Source: an uncultured Bacilli bacterium (lineage in GTDB: Bacteria; Bacillota_I; Bacilli_A; RF39; UBA660). From it: a stretch of 64,000 bases of DNA. Of the stretch, positions 48,161 through 54,884 are shown piece after piece; positions within the stretch are counted from its first letter, which is position 1, and every line of letters starts with the position of its first letter. A program made the translations under genes and the position numbers. The notes beneath the pieces were generated by a model. That model saw only the letters and a list, made by a program, of their open reading frames with translations. It had not been told where the DNA came from and did no database searches. The DNA lies in assembly GCA_947631155.1 (NCBI GenBank), contig CANRKG010000005.1, positions 629 through 64,628 of the forward strand, in the 5' to 3' direction.

Positions 48161-49144
48161 TTGAATGTCATAGTTGCTAACCAAAGAAAAGACTCATTGT
48201 CAAGTTTGGATATAGAAGTAATAAAGAGCATAGTAGGTGAGTTTGAAGCCGAGGAATTAGTTGCTATGTTCAAAGACTTCTTTTTTGATAGAATGATTTT
48301 AGATGTTACAGCAATTAAAAACTATCAAGAAATTTCTAATATTCAAAAATTAGCTATGGAACTTGGTGAAAGTAAATTAATATTAGTACTTCCAGATGAT
48401 GTTTGTTCTTCGTCTAGTTATTTGTCTAATATTATTTCAATGGGAATTTATAATTTTACTAATAATGTTAATGCAATTAAACAATTAGTATTAAGACCTA
48501 ATAGTTATAAAGATGTAGCTAAAATACAACAATTAAATAATGCTTCTATTGAAATTAGTAATAGAGTTAATAAAGAAAATAAAATTATTGGTATTAGAAA
48601 TATTACAGATCATGCCGGAGCAACTACTTTAACTTATATGTTAAAAAAAGAATTAACTTATATTTATGGTGGTTCAGTCTATGCTATTGAAGTTAATAAA
48701 AGAGATTTTTCATATTTTAATGAAAAAAATATGTTTTCTGTTAATGAATCAGAGTTAGCTAAAAAAATCGCTGAACTTCAACATCCCGTTGCAGTTATTA
48801 TTGATTTAAATGACTGCAAGATGGATACGATGTGTGATGATATTTTATATTTACTTGAACCTAGTACTATTATGTTAAATAAATTAATTAATAAAAATAG
48901 AAGTGTTTTTGAAAACTTAAATAATAAAAAAATTTTATTAAATAAAAGTATGCTTACAAATAAAGAAGTCAGTGAATTAGAGTATGAAGCTAATACCAAA
49001 ATGTTCTATAATATACCACCACTAGATGAAAGAAAGAAAAATTCTGTTCTTCATGAATTATTATTTCGCTTAGGATTAATAGATAATACTGGAGCAAAGA
49101 AAGAAGAAGGAAATAAGATATTTGGTATATTTAGTAGAAAATAA
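48161..49144 (+). CDS. TadZ/CpaE-like protein: receiver-like N-domain plus ParA/MinD-like domain with degenerate Walker A
   Basis: IIGIRNITDHAGATTLTYMLKKEL sits where the ParA/MinD P-loop (G-GKT) would be, with the Lys absent. TTG start after AGAGGTGA. Confidence 0.5.
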   Translation: MNVIVANQRKDSLSSLDIEVIKSIVGEFEAEELVAMFKDFFFDRMILDVTAIKNYQEISNIQKLAMELGESKLILVLPDDVCSSSSYLSNIISMGIYNFTNNVNAIKQLVLRPNSYKDVAKIQQLNNASIEISNRVNKENKIIGIRNITDHAGATTLTYMLKKELTYIYGGSVYAIEVNKRDFSYFNEKNMFSVNESELAKKIAELQHPVAVIIDLNDCKMDTMCDDILYLLEPSTIMLNKLINKNRSVFENLNNKKILLNKSMLTNKEVSELEYEANTKMFYNIPPLDERKKNSVLHELLFRLGLIDNTGAKKEEGNKIFGIFSRK

Positions 49145-49165
49145 TGTAAACATTTATATATTTTA

Positions 49166-49195
49166 TTGACATTTGTAACTAAAATAGTTTACAAT
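49166..49195 (+). promoter_or_regulatory. Internal sigma-A-like promoter ahead of the VirB2-like genes
   Basis: TTGACA, 18-nt spacer, TACAAT. Confidence 0.5.
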
Positions 49196-49220
49196 TATGG
49201 TATAGAAAGAGAGGTTAATT

Positions 49221-49580
49221 ATGGAATTATTTCAAATAGGAAAAAAACAGGTAACATTTGAGTCAGATTCTTGTAAAGGCTTAGGTCCTATTGTCAGATT
49301 AATAAAAAAAGGCTTATTCCCTATAATTCAAATTGGTATTCCAATTTTACTAATTGTTATGGGTACTATAGATTTGGGAAAGGCAGTTATTTCTAGTGAT
49401 GAAAAAGAAATTAAAGGTGCACAAAGCAAATTAATTAAACGTTGTATTTATGCAATAGTAATATTCTTTATGGTTACATTAGTTACTATTTTGATGTCAC
49501 TAGTAGGAGTGTCTAAGGATGATAATGTTAGTGAAGATCAGGCTACAAGTTGGAGTACTTGTTGGGATAGTATAAAATAA
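49221..49580 (+). CDS. VirB2/TrbC-like two-TM hairpin protein (no cleavable signal peptide)
   Basis: IPILLIVMGTIDLGKAVISSDEKEIKGAQSKLIKRCIYAIVIFF. Cys residues lie before TM1 and after TM2. Paralogue of 49678 and of the N-terminus of 14379. Confidence 0.6.
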   Translation: MELFQIGKKQVTFESDSCKGLGPIVRLIKKGLFPIIQIGIPILLIVMGTIDLGKAVISSDEKEIKGAQSKLIKRCIYAIVIFFMVTLVTILMSLVGVSKDDNVSEDQATSWSTCWDSIK

Positions 49581-49594
49581 ACAAATATATGAAT

Positions 49595-49633
49595 AAAAAA
49601 GAAATATTTGAATTGCTATTTCTTTTTTTTTTT
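49595..49633 (+). terminator. Weak A/T-rich terminator or attenuator hairpin
   Basis: aaaaaagaaata/tatttctttttt stem, 10-nt loop, long T-run. Only one G-C pair in the stem. Confidence 0.4.
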
Positions 49634-49677
49634 GCTATACTTAAAGTGATACTTTGTAAAGTAAGGAAGTGCACACT

Positions 49678-50112
49678 ATGTTTTTAAAATGTATGAAGTT
49701 CTTTCTTTTGTTTTTTGCTGTATTTACAGTGTTTTTCACTGGTGATGTAAAAGCAAAAGAATTTAATATAAATAATTATGTACAAATTGCAGAAGAATGC
49801 GATAATTCAGATCCAAATTCATGTTGTTCTATATTAGGAAACGTTGATGATGAAGATTCAGTAGCCTGGTTAGTACAGAGGTTATTAAATTATTTAAAGG
49901 TATTAGGCCCATCAATTGCCATTATTTTGGGTAGTATTGATTTTGGTAAAGCAATTATTACATCAGATGAAGAAAATATGAAAAAAGCTCAAGTAAGATT
50001 CATTAAAAGAATTATTGCAGCTGTTTGTTTATTTTTCGTGCCATTATTTACACAAATATTATTGGGATTATTTGGTATTACTAGTAGCAATGCTAGTTGT
50101 GGATTAAGTTAA
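49678..50112 (+). CDS. VirB2/TrbC-like two-TM hairpin protein with Sec signal peptide
   Basis: Signal peptide MFLKCMKFFLLFFAVFTVFFTGDVKA|KE, then NSCCSILG...IAIILGSIDFGKAIITSDEENMKKAQVRFIKRIIAAVCLFF...ASCGLS. ATG 49678 lies 8 nt after AAGGAAG. Confidence 0.65.
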   Translation: MFLKCMKFFLLFFAVFTVFFTGDVKAKEFNINNYVQIAEECDNSDPNSCCSILGNVDDEDSVAWLVQRLLNYLKVLGPSIAIILGSIDFGKAIITSDEENMKKAQVRFIKRIIAAVCLFFVPLFTQILLGLFGITSSNASCGLS

Positions 50113-50133
50113 AGAAGAAAAGAGGTGAGGCTT

Positions 50134-52203
50134 ATGTTTCAGTTAGGGTTTTCTTTAGAAAGTGATACCCAGAAACCGCATTGGTGGATGGATGTAATAA
50201 GAGCGTTTTTTGCTTTGTTTGATAAAGTTGTATATTCACTAATAATAATTATGTATGAAATTCTTTTTAATCTAGCTGATGCAACTATTATTCAGTCAGA
50301 AACTATGGTTAATTTTTATAGTAGGGTTCAATTGATTATTGGTGTTTATATGATTTTTAAAGTATCAATTTCTCTTATGCAAGCTGTTATGAATCCTGAT
50401 CAATTAACTAATAAAGATACTGGGTTGGGTAAAATTATTACGAGAATTGTTACAATGTTAGCCCTATTTGCAGCTATTATTCCTCTAAATATTCCAAATG
50501 CTGAAGAGGGTAGTTATAATGCCTATTTAAATGAGAATGGTTTATTATTTGGTGTTTTATATTCTTTACAAGCTAGAATATTAGATCAAAATGTATTAGG
50601 GAAATTGATTTTAGGAACTAAAGGTGGAACTACTTCATCCACGGCAGAGAATGGAGATGAGTTGCTGGGTGGCGATAAGTCATCAAGTGCTAGATCTTTT
50701 GCAACATTTGTTTTAAAGACATTTGTTAGAATTAATATGAAAAAAAATGCTACTGAAGAAGGTCCAGCAGATGCTTCTAATTATATGTGTAGAAATTTAT
50801 CTTCTGATGAAATAAAAAAAGTTAATACATATAAAGATGAAGCTGGAACGACATATCCAATTCAAATATTAAATAACATAAATGAGGAATGTGATTCCAA
50901 TGGTAATAATTTAGACGATAAATATTTATTTGTTTATACGCCAATTATTTCGACTATTGTAGGAGTAGTATTTATATTTGTTTTATTCGGTTTTTGTATT
51001 GATATTGCGATTAGGGCTATAAAGTTAGCTGTGCTTAGGTTATTAGCCCCAATTCCAATTCTTAGTTATATTGATCCAAAGTCTTCTAAAGATGGTTCTT
51101 TTGCAGCTTGGGTTAAAACTCTAACCTCGACATATTTAGATTTATTTTTGAGATTACTGATTATCTTCTTTGTATTGTTTTTAGTTCAAGAAGTAATAGA
51201 GCACGGTCTAGAGATACCAATTGGTACTGGAATAGTAGGAATGATATCTACAATATTTGTCTTTATTGGAATGTTCTATTTTGCAAAAATGGCACCTAAG
51301 TTTCTTAAAGACGCTCTAGGCTTAAAGGGAAATCTTAGTAATTTTGGTTTATCAGCCATGTTAGCAGGAGCAGGAGCTTTTCGTACAGGTGGTAGTTTGT
51401 ATGATGCTTTTGATGCAGGACGAACTGCTACTGATGCTCAAATTGCAGCTTATAATCAAGGAAAACAAGCTCCTGGGGTAGGACAAAGTTATACTAGTGG
51501 GCGTGATTATATGGCACAACAGCTTACTGGTGATAAAAACATGACTTATAGGCAAATGCACCGTGGTGAAAAAGCACTGGATAGAATGGGTCTAACTCCT
51601 GGTCGAGTAGATGCTGAAAAAGAAAAAATGTATGACTATATGGATGAAGCTGCTGTTATGAATTCTATTAAAGATAAAGTTAATAATAATGGTTGGTCTT
51701 CTCTTACTGATGACGAAAAGGCTAAGGTAGAAAATGCATATCGTGAAGTACATGGAATAAATCCAAATGCAGAATTAACTGCAGAACAGATTAGTGATCT
51801 GCATGCGAGAGGAGCTACAGATGCATATAATGCTGCTCAAACTAAGGCTAAGAAACAAGAAAGTAAATATAAAACTATGGATGATGAATTAACTAAACGT
51901 GGTGGAAGTAGAAATTCTTATCGTGCTAAATATGGTGATTTACAAGAAAGGCATCCTGGTGAAAGAAATACTAGATTTAGTGATTTACTTACTCATGAGG
52001 GTCGAGATGCCATTCGAACAGGTGACTTTAGAGAAACAATGCGTAATGTAGCTGCAATGCCTAGAAATGGACGTTTAGCTAGTGTTGATAAAATGAATGA
52101 AGAAATAGATGCTGCTAGGAGAGCTGATGAAGCAATGACGGCAAGAGTTAATGCTGCTACAGCACCTTTAAGAGAAAGAGAAAGAGAACAAGATAATGAT
52201 TAA
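50134..52203 (+). CDS. VirB6/TrbL-like polytopic channel protein (Tn916 Orf15/TcpH-like architecture) with long charged C-terminal tail
   Basis: About 6-8 TM segments over about 390 aa, then a hydrophilic A/R/D/E-rich tail of about 300 aa. Position is between the VirB2-like and VirB3/VirB4-like genes. Confidence 0.6.
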   Translation: MFQLGFSLESDTQKPHWWMDVIRAFFALFDKVVYSLIIIMYEILFNLADATIIQSETMVNFYSRVQLIIGVYMIFKVSISLMQAVMNPDQLTNKDTGLGKIITRIVTMLALFAAIIPLNIPNAEEGSYNAYLNENGLLFGVLYSLQARILDQNVLGKLILGTKGGTTSSTAENGDELLGGDKSSSARSFATFVLKTFVRINMKKNATEEGPADASNYMCRNLSSDEIKKVNTYKDEAGTTYPIQILNNINEECDSNGNNLDDKYLFVYTPIISTIVGVVFIFVLFGFCIDIAIRAIKLAVLRLLAPIPILSYIDPKSSKDGSFAAWVKTLTSTYLDLFLRLLIIFFVLFLVQEVIEHGLEIPIGTGIVGMISTIFVFIGMFYFAKMAPKFLKDALGLKGNLSNFGLSAMLAGAGAFRTGGSLYDAFDAGRTATDAQIAAYNQGKQAPGVGQSYTSGRDYMAQQLTGDKNMTYRQMHRGEKALDRMGLTPGRVDAEKEKMYDYMDEAAVMNSIKDKVNNNGWSSLTDDEKAKVENAYREVHGINPNAELTAEQISDLHARGATDAYNAAQTKAKKQESKYKTMDDELTKRGGSRNSYRAKYGDLQERHPGERNTRFSDLLTHEGRDAIRTGDFRETMRNVAAMPRNGRLASVDKMNEEIDAARRADEAMTARVNAATAPLREREREQDND

Positions 52204-52219
52204 GAGGGGTGTGATATAG

Positions 52220-52582
52220 ATGAATTATTTAATTCCTGCTAATACAAAAAAAGGTCAATTAATAATGGGAATATTTAGACCTTTTGATTTAATACTATTT
52301 GGTACAGGTATACTTATTACAGTCATATTTATGGCGTTATTACCTTTAACTTCTACAGCTATAACAATAATTATATTATTACCAGCAATGATTACAGGTT
52401 TTTTGGTAGTGCCTGTACCGTATTATCACAATATTTTAAATGTTATCCTAGAATTAATTGAATTTTTTACTAATCAAAGGAATTATGAATGGAAAGGTTG
52501 GTGTATTAGAATTGGCGAAAACAGTAGAAAAAGGAAGAAGATCAACAGAGGATTGGCTACCAGTACGAGCAATCCAAAATAA
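52220..52582 (+). CDS. PrgI/TcpE/VirB3-like small two-TM protein
   Basis: IPANTKKGQLIMGIFRPFDLILFG followed by two TM segments resembles the Tn916 Orf17/PrgI family. Directly precedes VirB4. The last ~100 nt overlap the next ORF. Confidence 0.6.
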   Translation: MNYLIPANTKKGQLIMGIFRPFDLILFGTGILITVIFMALLPLTSTAITIIILLPAMITGFLVVPVPYYHNILNVILELIEFFTNQRNYEWKGWCIRIGENSRKRKKINRGLATSTSNPK

Positions 52583-53066
52583 TATGATATTTACTTATGG
52601 AAATTATAAGGTCACAGGGGTGAAGATTACTCCTCGTAATATCTTTATTTTGGATGGTTCAACTCAAAATAATATCTTAATAAGTTTGAAAAATTTTTAT
52701 AATATGATTGATTTTGAATTTTGGTTAGTTGTAGCAGATAGACCTGTTGATTTATCAATTCATATGTCTCAATTGCAACTTCAACTAAATGACACCCAAG
52801 AACCAGCAATTAGAAAATTAATTTTACAAGATTTAGATAAGGATCAAATGTTTATTAGTAATAATGTAGTTGATACAGAGTATTATTTTCTATTTAAAGA
52901 AAAAAATGAGGATATTATTCAGAAAAAAATTAGATTATTAATTAATGGATTAGCTACTTGTGGGTTAAATGCAGCACAAGTTAGTAATGAAGACTTAAGA
53001 GTTGTTTTAGACAATTTCTTGAATGGGGGAAATACGACAGAATTTGGAACGGTGATGCCAGTATGA
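52485..53066 (+). CDS. VirB4-like ATPase, N-terminal domain fragment (separate ORF)
   Basis: RRSTEDWLPVRAIQNNMIFTYGNYKVTGVKITPRNIFIL matches the conserved N-terminus of Gram-positive VirB4 (Tn916 Orf16/TcpF type). The start is uncertain (ATG 52485 or TTG 52458). Confidence 0.6.
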   Translation: MNGKVGVLELAKTVEKGRRSTEDWLPVRAIQNNMIFTYGNYKVTGVKITPRNIFILDGSTQNNILISLKNFYNMIDFEFWLVVADRPVDLSIHMSQLQLQLNDTQEPAIRKLILQDLDKDQMFISNNVVDTEYYFLFKEKNEDIIQKKIRLLINGLATCGLNAAQVSNEDLRVVLDNFLNGGNTTEFGTVMPV

Positions 53067-54853
53067 GTGTAAGTTTAAGAGGTCAATTAGCCCCAAAGGG
53101 TTTAAGTTTTAATGCTAGTGATTTTTTTATCAGTGATAAGTATGCTACTATTTTATCAGTAGTATCATATCCTCGATATATTCAACCAGGTTATTTATCT
53201 ACTTTGACAAATATGTCTGGTATTAAAATTGTAGTTAAACATATTCCTGTTGAATTTTCGATGATATCTAAGATGTTAAATAAGCAAGTTGCTGATTTAA
53301 AAGATAGATATGGTAAAGAAAGAGATCAAACTGCTCGTGAAAGAATTAGACAAGACTATGAAAGCTTAGAATATTTTATTTCGATGTTAGCTGCTAGTCA
53401 AGCTCGTATCTTTGATTTTCAAATGCACATTATGATAACAGCAGATACTAAAGAAGATTTGGAAATGAAAAAGGTTAATGTTAAAAACTATTTAGATGCT
53501 ATGGAACTTAAAGCGATATCTTTACGTTTTGAGCAAGAAAAAGTTTTAAAATCTATTTTACCTATTTTCCCATCACAAGATATAGAAGAGAGAATAGGAA
53601 CACCAATTCCTTCTGTTACTATTGCAGCAATGTATCCTTTTATTTTTGATAGTATTAAGGATCCTGGTCTTTCAACATTACTTGGAGTAGATTTTTCAGG
53701 TGGAGTTATTCTATTTAATCAGTTTTTATATAAAATAAAGAAAGAGAATAATCGTAATAATGCTAATATGATTATTTTAGGTACTTCTGGTTCTGGTAAG
53801 TCAACTGCGGCAAAAGTAATGCTTAGAACTCATATAAGAAATAGATGCCAAATTGTGGCAATAGATCCTGAAAATGAGTATGAAGAAATTACTAGAACAT
53901 TTGGTGGAGATAAAGTAGATATTGGTAAAGGTGGAGAATTTGGTCTTATTAATCCTTTAGATGTAGTAATTGATGCTGATGACGAGGAAATAAAACAGGG
54001 ATTAGGTTATACTGTTTTAACTAGGACTTTACAATTTTTAAAAGCTTTTATGAAGTATTACGATCCATCTATTCCCGAAGATGTTTTAACAATGTTTAGT
54101 GAGATTGTTCAAGATACTTATAAACGTTTTGGAATTGATTTTGATACAGATTTTTCAGGTTTTACAGCAGAAGATTATCCCACATTTTCAGATGTTTATG
54201 CTACAATAAGAGGTAGACTTATGTCTATGACAGAACAAACTAATGAACGTGATATTATGGAACGTTTAGAATTAAAAGTAAGACCTATTATTAAAGAATT
54301 AAAATTTTATTTTGATGGGCATACTACTATTAATGGTAATAGTGACTTTATGGTATTTAATATTAAGGAATTAATGAATAGTGATTCTAATATTAAAAAT
54401 GCGTTATTCTTTAATGTCTTTAAATATGCATGGGGTCTATGTTTAGATCCTCGAGTTGATACAATTCTAATGGTAGATGAAGCTCATGTATTGTTAGGAG
54501 AACAAAATACTTTTGGAGCGGATTTCTTAGCTCAAGTACAAAGACGTGCTCGTAAATATAATACTGGTACAATTATTATTACTCAGCAACCTAGTGACTT
54601 TTCTGCTCCAGCTGTAATTACTCAAGGTAAAGCAATTTTTGATAATGCTTCCTATTATTTAGTAATGGGCTTAAAAAAGCAAGCAGTGGAAGATTTAAGT
54701 TTATTAATAGATTTAAATGAAAGTGAAAAAGAAAGTATAAAGCGTTATTCTCAAGGTGAGGCATTATTTGTCTGTGGAAATAGACGAATGAGAATAAATA
54801 TTTCTGTTACAAAACAAGAGTTAGATTTATTTGGTAGTGGTGGCGGCCTATAA
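53063..54853 (+). CDS. VirB4-like conjugation/T4SS ATPase, central and C-terminal ATPase part
   Basis: Walker A GTSGSGKST and Walker B ILMVDEAHVLL. The region before the P-loop is typical of VirB4. ATGA overlap with the N-terminal fragment. Confidence 0.85.
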   Translation: MSVSLRGQLAPKGLSFNASDFFISDKYATILSVVSYPRYIQPGYLSTLTNMSGIKIVVKHIPVEFSMISKMLNKQVADLKDRYGKERDQTARERIRQDYESLEYFISMLAASQARIFDFQMHIMITADTKEDLEMKKVNVKNYLDAMELKAISLRFEQEKVLKSILPIFPSQDIEERIGTPIPSVTIAAMYPFIFDSIKDPGLSTLLGVDFSGGVILFNQFLYKIKKENNRNNANMIILGTSGSGKSTAAKVMLRTHIRNRCQIVAIDPENEYEEITRTFGGDKVDIGKGGEFGLINPLDVVIDADDEEIKQGLGYTVLTRTLQFLKAFMKYYDPSIPEDVLTMFSEIVQDTYKRFGIDFDTDFSGFTAEDYPTFSDVYATIRGRLMSMTEQTNERDIMERLELKVRPIIKELKFYFDGHTTINGNSDFMVFNIKELMNSDSNIKNALFFNVFKYAWGLCLDPRVDTILMVDEAHVLLGEQNTFGADFLAQVQRRARKYNTGTIIITQQPSDFSAPAVITQGKAIFDNASYYLVMGLKKQAVEDLSLLIDLNESEKESIKRYSQGEALFVCGNRRMRINISVTKQELDLFGSGGGL

Positions 54854-54884
54854 AAAATAAATCATAGAAGTAGGTGATAGGACT

